From Tubiluchus corallicola (taxonomy: Eukaryota; Animalia; Priapulida), in NCBI GenBank assembly GCA_030141605.1, contig JAQGDQ010000061.1:669685-733684 (forward strand): a DNA stretch of 64,000 nt. The letters are read 5' to 3'. The position numbers and the translations under genes are program-made. Shown here one piece after another: positions 1 through 12,900 of this stretch. Below the pieces are notes generated by a model. The model did no database searches, was not told the origin of the DNA, and saw nothing but the letters and a program-made list of their open reading frames with translations. The first letter of the stretch is position 1. Each line of letters opens with the position of its first letter.

Positions 1-234
1 AAGAACGCTCTCATTTTATCATCCGGGAAAATCTCAAGAGGCATTGATACAAAATTAAATGTTAAAACATTTTTACAATTCCCAAGCGGCCTTACGAAGC
101 AAGGCGCATCTGACGGCAGGAAGCGATGTTGCAAATGGTCGGAGGTCCTGCGTTTTTGAGGTCGCCAACGTTCTTTGAGAAATGAAATGTTAGAATAATC
201 GAATATCAGGGGTGAAATCTACGAAAGCGTATTA

Positions 235-1179
235 GGCTGCCAGGCCATAGAAACTCATGCTTCATGCCTCATGCTTCATACTTCATGCTTCATGCTTCAC
301 GGCCCACTGGGCCATAGGGGCTCATGCTCTCACGCTTCACACACGAGTCTGCGTTGCGCATTCAAAATGGAATCATCTGACGAGGAAGATTTCTTGATTT
401 TGTTGTGTCTCAGAAGAAGGAAGCGAAAGAGACGGAGAATATGGTGCCGGGAGCATTTTTTGCTCAGAGAATCCAGAGGAGAATTTCAGCGGACATTTCA
501 ACACCTCGTGGACAATCCTGACGAAGAACTATTTCATAATTATACAAGGATGTCGTACAAGACTTACAGTACATTAAAGTCCCTCGTGCTAGGACATCTG
601 AAGCCACGCCATTCAAATTGGAGGAGGCCAATCGAAGCAGAACAAAAGCTCATCATAACTCTCAGGTGGTAATTACTAGTCAAAGTATGTTTGTCAGATA
701 AGCATGCACTGACATGACCACATAAAAAAGTAGATCTAACCCCCCCCCCCCCCGATAAAAAAGAAAGGCCACACAAAAATTCCAAAATGTTTTTGATGGG
801 TAAAATTTAATTATTTTATGTTTTTCAGATATACTGACATGACCATATAATAAAAACAAAAAACGAAAAAGGAAAATGAAAAATTTGAAAAGGTTTAGGT
901 CACAATGTCCCGACGTTCCATCAGCAGATATGTTTTCAAGACGTGCCAGGTCCTGTGGGATGTACTTGCAGTCAAAAAACGCTCTGATATCCAGTCTGCC
1001 CCCGGACTCACGTCTCGAAAAAGTGAACATGTTCACTTCTAGCTTCATGCGTGAGTCGTGAAGCTTGAAGTGTGAGGCGTGAGCGGAGGTCTATGGCCCA
1101 CCGCAAATAAGATTACGTTTGTTCATTTTTCCACTCACGCGTTTAGACGTGAAGCATGAGTTTCTATGGCCTGGCAGCC
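235..1179 (+). mobile_element. Non-autonomous PIF/Harbinger DNA transposon (internal deletion derivative, 945 bp)
   Basis: Perfect 30-bp TIRs GGCTGCCAGGCCATAGAAACTCATGCTTCA (235-264 and reverse complement 1150-1179); TTA target-site duplication at 232-234 and 1180-1182; subterminal CATGCTT-type repeats; inner IR TGGGCCATAG (308-317) / CTATGGCCCA (1091-1100); internal transposase N-terminus. Confidence 0.92.
367..672 (+). pseudogene. Truncated Harbinger (HARBI1/ALP1-like) transposase, N-terminal ~100 aa only
   Basis: MESSDEED...RRRIWCREHFLLRESRGEF...DEELFHNYTRMS...IEAEQKLIITLR matches the typical Harbinger N-terminus (RRxW..GEF..D..F..Y.RMS..ERL.ITLRYLATG); no DDE domain follows. Confidence 0.85.
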
Positions 1180-1366
1180 TTAGGGTCATGATATCCGATT
1201 ATAAAAATCTGAGGTTGTGATATCTGATTATAAAAAAATCTGGTTATACCAGATTTTTTATAATCGGATATCATGGCCCTAATACGCTCTCGTACATTTC
1301 ACAAAGGCACAACTATAAAATACATTTTGTCTTTTTAAAAATACTACAAGAATTTTTTCATTGCAG

Positions 1367-1576
1367 GAACAAGTCGTGACGGTTATCAGAGGTTACACAT
1401 TCGCTTCTCTGATGTCAGACATTGGTGGATCACTTAGTCTATTTCTGGGTAGCGGTATTTTCACAATATTTGAGATAATCGATTTCGCTATCGTCAGTGT
1501 TCATAAGAAACGTAAAGAACAGAGAGAAAAGAGGGCAAGTGCCGGCGTTGAAGAAATGCCCATGAATAGTAAATGA
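1367..1576 (+). CDS. Terminal coding exon (TM2 + C-tail) of a DEG/ENaC / ASIC-like amiloride-sensitive channel; remainder of gene not identified in the window
   Basis: Acceptor TTTTTTCATTGCAG|GAA; EQVVTVIRGYTFASLMSDIGGSLSLFLGSGIFTIFEIIDF matches the family signature Y....LLxDIGGxxGLFxGxSxxTxxExxD; basic tail and TGA at 1574-1576. Confidence 0.88.
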   Translation, partial: EQVVTVIRGYTFASLMSDIGGSLSLFLGSGIFTIFEIIDFAIVSVHKKRKEQREKRASAGVEEMPMNSK

Positions 1577-1621
1577 AAATTTAGGTTTACTGTTCAACTA
1601 GCTCAATGTAATCTACATTCA

Positions 1622-1627
1622 AATAAA
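1622..1627 (+). terminator. Candidate polyadenylation signal (AATAAA) of the DEG/ENaC gene
   Basis: AATAAA 45 nt after the stop codon. Confidence 0.5.
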
Positions 1628-1821
1628 GTGAAATTATGATTTAAGCAAAATTTATATTATACTATAGTTGCACCAAACAAGCCGTCGGGCACTGTCAACT
1701 GACCACTATTCTTTTTAGATTAAAAATTAAATTAGCCAAAACATAACAGCTTAAAGAAGCTTAACAATGCAAGAATAGAAAAGCAAGCAAGTAGATAAAA
1801 ATTTCTCTTTGTACAACTTAC

Positions 1822-1827
1822 TTTATT
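1822..1827 (-). terminator. Candidate polyadenylation signal of the plexin gene (3' UTR ~2 kb)
   Basis: First minus-strand AATAAA I found downstream of the plexin stop; followed on that strand by a U-rich tract. Confidence 0.4.
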
Positions 1828-2750
1828 TTCCATTAAAATTTTTTTTATAAATCTGTTCTATTTCTATGTTCTGGGTTTCATTCAACATTTAAATAGGATA
1901 CAAACATCACATGAATAATTACTTACTTATTAAAAAAATATTAACATCTATTCACCACCAATTTGTTCTCGAAAAACAATAAAACTGTGTTTTGTCCAGG
2001 ATGAAAAGAATACTGTAGGCCTTATACAGAAGCTGACTGATAAAGATTATGCACAGAATTAAAGTAATAGAACTTGTTAAAAATTCAAGTGATAAAAAAT
2101 TCAATAAAAAATTAGAGGGTGAGATAAGCAATAGGACTATGTATTAGCATTTTGTTAAAAGTAATACTAATTCCATTGGTTATTGCAATAGTGTTTAACT
2201 GTAGAATCTACATAAAATTAATTTGAAATATGGTAGGCCTAACAATCAATATTTGCAAGCAGTCTACAATGATTGTAAATAAATCAGTAAATAATGTCAG
2301 AATTACAGGCCTGCCTTACCTAATTCGTACTAGAAAAGGAATGAGGTCAATCAGACCAAGCCATATCTGAAAATGTCAGTCTGACAAGGAAGTATAAATG
2401 TTTACACCCCAATACCTTTTACAACGGGATAAAAAACAATACCCAATACAATGGGATAAAAAACTGGCGTAGGCTCATTAAACTTAATTGAATATGTATT
2501 CTATAAATGACTCATTATCATTTGGGTGGTAAAGAGTTAAGAAGTGCTAAATGCTCTGCAGTTAACAGGGCATGTAGAACTGTAAAATGAACAACACGTA
2601 TTAACATAAAATGACTTCGTACAAAAAACAACTGTACGAAGAATGCATACGCGATTCTCAAACGAAATGTGCAAAAATTTAACAGTTGCAAGGCTGCAAA
2701 AATGTCACAACCATCATACATTATAAAATCATTTCTTATATAAACAAAAC

Positions 2751-2772
2751 ATATATATATATATATATATAT
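2751..2772. repeat. (AT)11 microsatellite
   Basis: Read directly. Confidence 0.9.
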
Positions 2773-3783
2773 GTCAGACTATTTCATGTAATGTACAGTA
2801 TTTACACATTCAGTATACTTACAAGCATGCAATTCTACACAGTGAAACAATTGCCATATATAAAAATGTTGACCTAGATGAAAAATATGTACAAAATTGT
2901 ATGAAAACAATGTGTGCAGGAGAGTAGCTTGTACAACATCGTACTGAAATCACATTTTATACCATACATGTATTAAGCCACTTTACACCATACACACTAC
3001 ATTACACTATTAATTGTATTCAACATTCACATTAGTGGTTACCTAGTTACACGAAACATCAACAACGTAGATTAGTACATAGGTAATTAATTCAGCTTCA
3101 TAATACGATCATTGGTAAATAAAATTTTCATGACAGCAGCACCACATTAGGTGAAAATTAAATTATAAAAACACATTCACTTTTATACATAATTATAATT
3201 AAATCTTCATTAATTATACGCTATGGTTTTATAACCAGATAGTCTAAGATGTGAGGAATTTGCTTGCTGGTAAAAAGCATAAATCTGTAGGAAAGCAATT
3301 TTTATATTAACAATTTAAAAAGTTCTTAATTATGGCTCTCACGTTTCATTGGTTCAGATCTAAAATAACTTTCGATTATAGTTTAAATTAAAAGTAATTC
3401 ATGAGTGAGTTTTGATCTAAAATATATCTCGATTGCTTAAAATACTTTTGATTGAGATTAGATCTAAAATGTTTAATGAAAGTTTTAATAGTGGAAAACA
3501 AAGATAACGCTTGCAATTTGTTTAAGAATGAGGAGAATATAACCAAGCACAACCACAAATCATAAAAGGACAACCGTTCTCTGTCTCGTCCAATGAAAAA
3601 CTGACAGATGCACTGAGGCTACGTAGTTGTTAAAACCCAAGCTGATTTCGTATCATAAACATACACTATGCATATTTACACTTAGGCTGTTAATACGAAG
3701 TCCTCCATTCTCTTACTACATCCAGCGGGAATAAATAATTGCACAACGGCTAACATAATAATACAAGATCATTTCTAGAAATA

Positions 3784-3957
3784 TCACGTATCCGTTTCCG
3801 CAATTGTATTATGCACTTGTTCTAGTTTGTAGGATAGTTTGTTCTTGCGGGAGAACTCATCATCCTGCAGGGTGCGCATTAGCTGTTCGTTGTACTTGCA
3901 CGCGTAGCCATAGAGTTCAAACAGTGCCACGTTAGTGTTGAATTCATTAGTGTGTGT
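3784..3957 (-). CDS. PlexA: Plexin-A coding exon 33 (C-terminus, stop)
   Basis: [26 protein letters not shown]...IAETDT*; acceptor TTTTTACAG. Confidence 0.92.
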   Translation of the reverse strand, partial: THTNEFNTNVALFELYGYACKYNEQLMRTLQDDEFSRKNKLSYKLEQVHNTIAETDT

Positions 3958-6900
3958 CTGTAAAAATAGAGAACGTTTAGGTCAACATTTCATATCCATA
4001 GCACTAGAAAATTTGCTTTAGATATTATTCTTTTCTTATAATAGCATTTTTATTATTGCCAAAAAGAGACAAAATAAAACCTTCGACCGCAGTTACTACT
4101 GATAAAGAGGGCTCAGGAAGACATAATGGTATACAGGTAATGTAGCTATTGAAGATAAAATACATAGAAATAGATTATGACCTAATATACTATGAAATAC
4201 ATTCAATACTACAGTGTTACGTACAAGTAAAGAAAAAGCACAAAATATACCATACTAATAAACAAATCGATGAGTATTTTTCCAGAATTAGATGATATTC
4301 ACAAAAATTTAGTACCGAGTTTGAAAAAGACAAATCTCTTTTATTGGAGACCGGAAAGGAAAATCTCGAGAAGAGCTTATAAATAATATCGGACTATAGT
4401 GTGTAATGTGTACATACAAGCATAAAGCAGAACAGTGACATGCTTGCTGGGCTGACAAGATTGTTACTTAGTGAATAATCACATTTCCATTACAACTAAT
4501 AAAATAGTTGTACAATTTTAGGATCTTGGCCATTAAAGTTATTTTAGCTAAGATTAACATCTGAGATCACAGTTTCAAAAATTTCCAAATTTTGAAATTT
4601 GAACATCTATGGCACAGTCCACATTGTACAGATAATAATAATAATTTTGTTTCGGACATAGTCCAGGGAGAACACCTGAAGTAACTCAGTACTTAAGGTG
4701 AACTAAATTATTATTACCCGTATGATGATCCAGCATAATCCGATAAATCAGGGTGCTTGGTCAAAGAACCAACGGTACTAAAAATCTTTGAAATAACTCG
4801 GTCGGGAGTTGAACACGAGACCTCCCGGGTGGCAAAGCAGGGACACTGCTATTGAGCTACACCCCTCCTGATAGCAACGTTATTATGTTGCCGGTTGCTT
4901 TTTGTGACATGCAACAACTAACTCTTTAGTTTTCAACAACTAAGCAGTTGCGTGACAATGTCTTTCCTTGCAAACTGGAAGGGTTACGGATTTTGATAAC
5001 GTTGCAAAGTTAAAACTGCTTTGCTGTAGCACAATGCTATGTTTTGCTGCTCACAAAATGTTTTACTTATTGACAAGCTGCTTCAGCATTATGAAATGAA
5101 TGGCTAAAGAGTTATTATTATCTTTCCAAATTTTATACATAGAATATGCAGACATAGTTTTTATGAACATGCTTTTAGGAGCAAACTTATGGCACCCGAT
5201 ACATATTCAGGCAAGTGTAACAAGAAAACTCGCTTTAGGAGTATGCTTAAAAGCAAATAATTTAGAAATTACTAGAATGGTCTGACCTACCCTAGACTCT
5301 TCAGCCAATACAGCGTTCATGTCTTGGTCACTAATGGCAGCCATCAATTTAATCTCTTGATAATACCTGCAAACAACAAAATTACAATAAACACCACATA
5401 CAGCGGAAAATTGTTTTTGTGAACAAAACCATAAAAAATCATAACCAAATTCAAGTTTTAATTCTAATTTCTACCTAAAATGGTGATTCACTGAATTAAA
5501 GTTTATCTAAAAAAAATCAGCTTATTTATGAAGTCTAGCTGCATTTCTGTTTTGAGGTTCTAAAATTTTAGTTATGCTAACACACCACAGGCAATACTGA
5601 ACGTTAAAAAGCTATAAGGGCTTCCAGGTCATGACCCACAGACCTTCTACTTTGCATATAGCCATCATCAGGGTATTTTTCTGACTACTACAACTGCTGT
5701 CTTTCATTAACAAACAGTTTTCAAGTGAAAAAATAGTACGGAAAGCCTCTCAAGTCAGCTTACTGTTATTTCTGTTCTCACACAAAAATTAATCTATCTA
5801 ACGCAGCACAAGGGTATCGGGACTTTAAAGAACACATAACAGGTTTACCACAATCAGGATTTTATCAGTAGAAAGTCAATTTAATTCACTACCTTCTATA
5901 TTTGCAACTGCTACTGTTCTTTCTATGAATACACAGTTTTAAAGCAAATAAATTAACACTGGAAGTCCATTTTTCTGGAAGACAAGTGCAGCAACTGTTA
6001 ACGGATTGCAAAAATTAAGATGGTTATTCTTAATGGCACTTTATTGGTTAAAAGATTAGAGTTATTCTTGCGACTGCAGTTCCAATTCTGAACGAAACAG
6101 GTTAGAATCAAAAGCAGTTTTATTTTTTGAGAATTTTCACAACATTTTTACTCTACTACAAATATTTATTTCCAAGCGTATTAGAACGATAGACAAGTAA
6201 ATAGGATTCTTAGCTAATAAAGAACAAAAATTACATACTTTTCAACCCATTCTTTGTATGTTGGAATATCCTTTGCATACAGTAGCTTACTGGCGGGCGA
6301 GTCTTTGCCCAAGCGGTGGTCGGACGTAGAGCAACTGTCCATGAATGTTTGTGCAATAACCGATAAGCAGGCATCTTGAATGGTGGTCTTGTGAATGTCA
6401 AAAACGAAGTTTGGATTTTTGATCAAATTAACCCAGAATCGCAAAGGAAGACTGAAAAAATACGTACAGCTGCTAAGTCAAAGCTTGATAGCATTGTCAG
6501 CATTAATTAACAATGTTGTCAACAAAAGTATTGCTTATTGTCTTCATAAAAATATAATTTTCAACTTTGACAGTTCATCTAACAATGGAAGTCAATTCAA
6601 AAAGTTTCCAAAATGGCAATGCATTTTGAAAAATTTCCCTAATAAAGCAAAATGAATTCCAACATTTAAACTCCTGTCGAACCTAGCCCAGGAATAAGGC
6701 TACAAATTTTATTTTCATTGCTTCGATATAAATCTATTTTGTTGAACTGTCACAGTAAATGCTGCAAAGCAAGGTTACGATGTACAGTGTAGCCTGTTAG
6801 AATATACAAAGTCGTTCAAAACTATAACATGAAACTGTTTCATTATGAAATAACAATTTGTAACTGTTGATGCGATATGTTCAGTAGTATCACAACTACA

Positions 6901-9900
6901 TATGTGCAAAACTACAGCCATCATAGAAAAGTTGGAAAAAATTTGTCTAATAAAAGCTAAGTCTACCAACGGTAAAGATATTTTTGGTAAAATAAATAAA
7001 TTTTGAATACAATGCAAATTGAAATTGGAATATAAAAAATCAAATAAAACTACTGCTATGATCAAGTTATAATCAGTGGAATGAATATATGAACATATTA
7101 TTTAAAGATGTTAATTTTTGTAAAGCTGTGATCAAAGAGTTAAAACTACCTATTGCTTTTCCAAGTGTGCACCACTTCATGGTCCGTTATTCCATGTTGT
7201 AGCGCTTGGTCATCTAGGAAGTCAAACATGTACTTGATGGCATGTGGAAGACCACCTACCCGATGATTTGTGCTAAATATGATCTCGAATAGATCATCCA
7301 CAAACTTTTGTAATGTGCCCTGTTGAGGAGTAGAAGTATTAAAATAAAATGAGTTTCTATACAAATTCTGCATTTCCAAAAACAAATCTGACAAATTCCT
7401 TATTTTCCAACGCAAACAGAATAATTTGTTTAGGAACAACAGTAACATACACGGATCAACTCAACTTCGTCAGCCAAAACTGCAGGACATTCATATCTCG
7501 GTTTGACGGACCGCGCATTACCAGTATCGGAAGAATTGGACAAAACCTAAACCGTTAAACAGCCCCTCATACTACAGACACAGTCCATCGTTTCGTGAGC
7601 TGACCACTAGTTGGCGGGCCGTAACTTTGTTTGCATCATTACATCAGTGTAACCACATGTATATCTCTATATATATAAAAACATAGATTCAATTATGCGG
7701 AGTTATTCAAGTCAATTATCGATAGTTTTTATATACTTTTGCATAGGAGCGGCTTGCGCTAGATGTTTTTGAGACAATTAGGCGATTGATTCTACTTTAC
7801 CATGAGTCTAATACATGGTGCCCACTGTATTAACTTAAGTGTTAGATACGGACAGTCAGCAAATTCGGACCGACATCTCCCTGCTTTTGTCCGGCAAGCG
7901 GAGATATGAGTGTACTGTCAAATTTTGCACGTTCAAATGCAGAAAAATAATTGTTTAGCAATAGCATATAGCAATGTATTATGTTACCTTTGTAGCTAAT
8001 AACCGGGTTAGATATATCTCTGAAACCAATTTGTTGGACCGTTCACCCTCCTTGTGAGCTTCGTTTTCTTGTGGCCTCATCTGTAGTAAAATAAACCTAA
8101 ATTATAATATACGTACATAATACAAAATAACAAGTTGATGCATACGTAAACAAGAAGGAACATGCCTTAAGTAACAAAGAACAAAATTAGCTGATCTTCT
8201 ACATGATATGACATAAACTCAATAATCTATAACACTACTACTATGCAGTAAGCTGTACTCCAAGTTCAGTTGACAACTGAATAATACTGTCTCGTAAAAT
8301 TATTATAAAAATATTTATGGGGGGCCTGCTTCTTGATCTCCCTTCATTATTTTCTTTAATAACAGTGATTATTTTCAGATAATTATTTTTGTTATACTGA
8401 TTGTATACTATATTTCAAAATTGCGTGCCACTTAATGTGATTATGACATACGCTGAATCAATAAATTCTTTTGAAACTTTGAAATTTTTTGAAATTAGTT
8501 AAAGCAACTAGAAAATGCTTAAGTGAATGACTACAAGAATATTTCTGTAGTGCATAAATGCATACTAAATGCCAGTATTTGACTGGTGGCTCCGTGATGA
8601 AGTTACGGTCCATGGGTGTGGCCGTCCGATTAAGAGGAGGGCTCGCAGTTCGCAGAGAAGAATGAGAGACATTCTCTGGCAAGACAGCTAAAAATTAGAA
8701 AACACGAAGTTAATAATATGTAGTATTGTAATAATAGCTATAGTGATGGCAGTGAATTGTGAATAAGAGAAACTTACATGTTAACATATCTTCTGACCAC
8801 TATGTATTAATTAACGAATATTTAAATGAAAATCAATACTCAATGAAAATGTCTGAAACATTATACACAATTTCATAATTACACATTACATTTACCAAGC
8901 TCATTACTTGTAACATGCAATTAGATGTAGCTTTTGTACAAAAAAATTGCAAAAAGTAGTATCTCAAAAACTGAATAAAGAACCAACAAGATTTTTCTAA
9001 ATTTGCATCAACTGCAAAGAACGTAGTTTTTGCAGCATGTTAAATTTTTTGATACTGCATTTCGGGTCAAAAATATGCGACATGATGTTTTATCATGTTA
9101 TTTTGTATAATGACAGTGTAACACTTGTTAGCTCAAAAGAAAGCAACTATATGTACTGAGTTAAGAAGTACTGGTCAACAATTAGGGAAAAATTCTCCAG
9201 TAGTTAATGACTGTAAGCTTACCGGATCGGGAACCATCCGACCTCACTGACCGATCAGATACTAAACTAGTGTTCGGATTGAACATGGATTGTTTTGGCA
9301 CAAGAGCTAGTGACGCACAGTCAGGCACCTTGTAGTGAGCTAGTGTATTCAAATGTTTCCACTCGGTTTCCTGTTTGGTGGAAATGTCATCGTCTTGCAA
9401 GACTAGTCGACCAGACACACCCGTCCTCCATTCTGTCACAAACACACACACACACATAAGTTCATGAAAGTTTTTAAAACCAAACATGACTGAAAAGTGG
9501 GAAATAAGGAAAAAGTTGGGACGAGTCTGGACTAGAACCAGGTATTTTCGATTTTAAGTGGAAAACTATGACAACTAGACAAACAGTTCCTTGTACATAC
9601 CCAAAGCAATAATTAATTGAATTAACTAATTGTTAATAAGTGACTTTAACATGTATTTTAAGAGCATATTTTAACTTAATATAGAATTGTACATATCATG
9701 AATCACGTGATTCTTACCCTCCCCATAATGAAGGAAGGAGGAATAATTAAAATTTCAAAACAGATGGTAAAAGTTTTCATTAAAAGTGAAATACAAGAAA
9801 TACTGAGAAAATTATGATACACCAAGTAACAAAAAATAGAATCATCATAATAAAAAACTAAATTAACATACTAGCACTTATAACAGCACTTGTGGTAATT

Positions 9901-12900
9901 ACATATCCAAAATTTGATTTTTGTTCAAAATATGAAACATAACTTCATAAATGTTTAAATAATAATTACCAAGGTCTAGATGTTCCTTCATCGGACGCCT
10001 TGAATAGGGGGTGCTTTTATAAATGGCATTAAGCGCCTTCTCTTTTACTTGAGAAATAGTATCACAGTCTAATACTTTCACTGGCGTCTCCTGGTTTTCA
10101 GTTGTTATATCCAACCCTGAGACGTAAACAGTCTGCAAAGATAGAAGTGAAAGCAAAGTGTTATTCACAAGCCTACAGTGAAAACAAGTAAATACCAGTT
10201 TTAACTTTTTAAAAAGCTCAAGTATCACGTGAGACATGCAAAGACGTAACAAGATTTTATTAAAGATGAACATGTTCCAGAGGGACTTAAAGTAAACTTG
10301 ATGGGCGTTCAGAAAGTAATTTTGTGTTTGTTACTTTATGTGGTCACTACTCTTTATTCGCAAACAGAGCAGATCTAAGAGAATCCCAATGCTGATTTCT
10401 TAATTATTCGTATTGTTGGTATTGCTTCATGCTAGGCATTGAGTTTTCTTAGGCATCCACTTAATTCCTGTTAACTTGCTAATACAGAGTGCAAGGGTCA
10501 CGAAACTTGTTTTACAAAAAAAGGTACAAAACCTTTTAAGAGTCATCAAAGCTAATAAAAACACACATTAGATAATTTTTTTGTCTGAACATAGAATAAT
10601 CATTACGGCGGCCAGCCAGCCTGTTGAAACTATGAAAAGCTACTTAATGACACAAATTATCTGTTAAATTAAGATGCCATGTGACATAAATACAAAACAA
10701 ACACAACTCGGACAGAATTGGACAAAAATTGTTGCTTGCTTACCATTTGTCTATAGTCTACTTGTTGACGAATAAGTTTTTCTTCACTCAGTGAATACTT
10801 GGCTTCGGAGGTTACAGAGTCTACTGGACCCTTTTCTATTTGCTGCTGGATAGCCATATATAGCAAAAATAAGGGCTCTCCAGCATGTTCCTACAAACAA
10901 AAGAACAGTCAAATGTATGAAATGTGAAAAATGTGCAAAACAAAATGCAAAACTGAATATAGTTCTGTGTAATGTAATCTTATGGCACTTGTGTATTGCT
11001 GACTTGCCAGTTAATAAAAATTGTAATGTGACATGGTTCACCATAGAAGATTTTAATTATTATTTTTGGAAAGTCATTAGGCCATGAAATATGAATATGA
11101 AACCATGGTTTACAGTCATTCTGATACAAAACAATTTGTATTCTATTGTTTTAACAGGTTTTCATGTTTTCTACTCTTCTTGACACAAAGAATATGAAAC
11201 TGTTTATTGCAAATTTGATACAAAGAACTTGAAACATACTGATCACTCTTCTTGATACAAAATACATGAAACAATGACTTCCACTTTCCTTGATTCAAAC
11301 AAAATAAAACAATCTCTTCTTGGTGAAAAAATGCGGCAAAATGGCATTCATTCTTCTACATACAAAGAATGTGAATTCTTCTTGAAATGATGATATCTAT
11401 TTCTAACAAAAATGATGCCTTAGGATGCATGTCACAGATAAACTAAAAAAATCTTTGTTTCTCGATTGAACAAGGAAGTTGAGGAGTTTGCTGCACATTG
11501 CTGATGATTCCAATTTGAAGCCGGGCGAGAAAAATGTCCTTAAAATATAAACATCACACCGGACCACCGGACCACTAAACAACCCAAATTTCAAGTGTCA
11601 ACAAGGACAAAACTTACCCTAAGAAATCTGTACAGCAGGAAAGTAAACCAAGCTGTTAGCATTTTCTCTGCTACCGACTCTGTCCTCCGCAACAGTAATT
11701 TGGGATGGCTATTGCCTTCTATGGAACGTTCAATTAGATCTGCTAGCAATGTCTTCAATATACTGCAATAAAGGAATACATTTGTTAAAAAAATAGTACA
11801 TAGGTTATTCTAAGCACTTGTTAAATATAAAAAAGCAAGGCACAAGAAAGCTTTCAACATCTATCAATAATGCACATCTTGATTGCTTATCTTGGTTTTT
11901 ATTCAAGTGTTATTCATCCTTGTATATTTACTTACAACAATTACCTTTGATAGACACACATACGCAAAATATTACTGTCAACTATAATGCGCAATATTGA
12001 ATATTGCATAATAGTATTAAGCATCTGTAGGTGGTGTTAAAACAACTGCGCAGATTTAAAGTAAATGTACTTACTCTGTACAATATTCCATTTTGTTCTG
12101 TAGGGCTACCATAATCAGTGATGCTACATTTACTCTGTCTTTCATACTAAAATATTTGTTTGATTCCAATGTCTGTATGAATAGTAACAAAAAGGTTTTG
12201 TTCATGACGAGATAACCAAACTGCCGCAATGCCTTTTCTACACTTTTCTTCTTACGCAAATCAACCTGAAAAAAAGGAAAAAGAAACAATTAGATTATGA
12301 ATGTATCTATAAACAGGGTTAAACACAAATTATAAATTTGTTCAGAAATTGCGACGTAACAAACCTAGTGCACATACAAACAAACAATCTCTTACAAATC
12401 AGTTATGATTTAGTAATGTGCAAAATATTAGTTTCTAAAATTAGTCTCGGTCTGCCAGACAAAGTTTTGAAGGACATCGGAAGAAACGGGAAAAACATGA
12501 ACCATTAAAAAGCATGGCATAAATACGGACAATCAGGAAATTCGGAACCGATGTCTCCCCGCTTTTGTCTGGCAAACCAAGGCATAAGTGTATAATTATA
12601 TCATACTCTTACGTCTAATTCACGTAATACTGGATGATCATCCTGATTAGGAAACAAAACTTTGAGACTGTAGTTCCTGTATTCCAGAAACGGGATGCCA
12701 CAACCGGAAAGATCGGTCAGAAAGGTCATGTCAGTCTGCAGCTCAGCAAATGCTACAAAATAGCCAAAAAAGTAAAATGTTAATCAAAAATTAATGTACA
12801 AGTGTTTCACAAAACAATGACAAATAGAAATGCACGAGTAAAAGGTTTCTTTAACAAAACTAGTCAAGTGAGCAATGTTGGGTAATTTTTACTGTATCCA

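Larger units (their letters stand above)
212..1302. mobile_element. Short palindromic (MITE/foldback-like) element interrupted by the Harbinger insertion
   Basis: With the Harbinger and one TTA removed, the left arm GTGAAATCTACGAAAGCGTATTAGGGTCATGATATCCGATTATAAAAATCTG (212-234 + 1183-1211) is the near-perfect reverse complement of 1250-1302. Confidence 0.7.

Noticed and set aside
680-1061. ORFs 680-1048(-) and 876-1061(+) as the Harbinger Myb/SANT partner gene
   Set aside because: No Trp-spaced Myb/MADF motif in the frames I translated; the longer ORF runs into low-complexity sequence.
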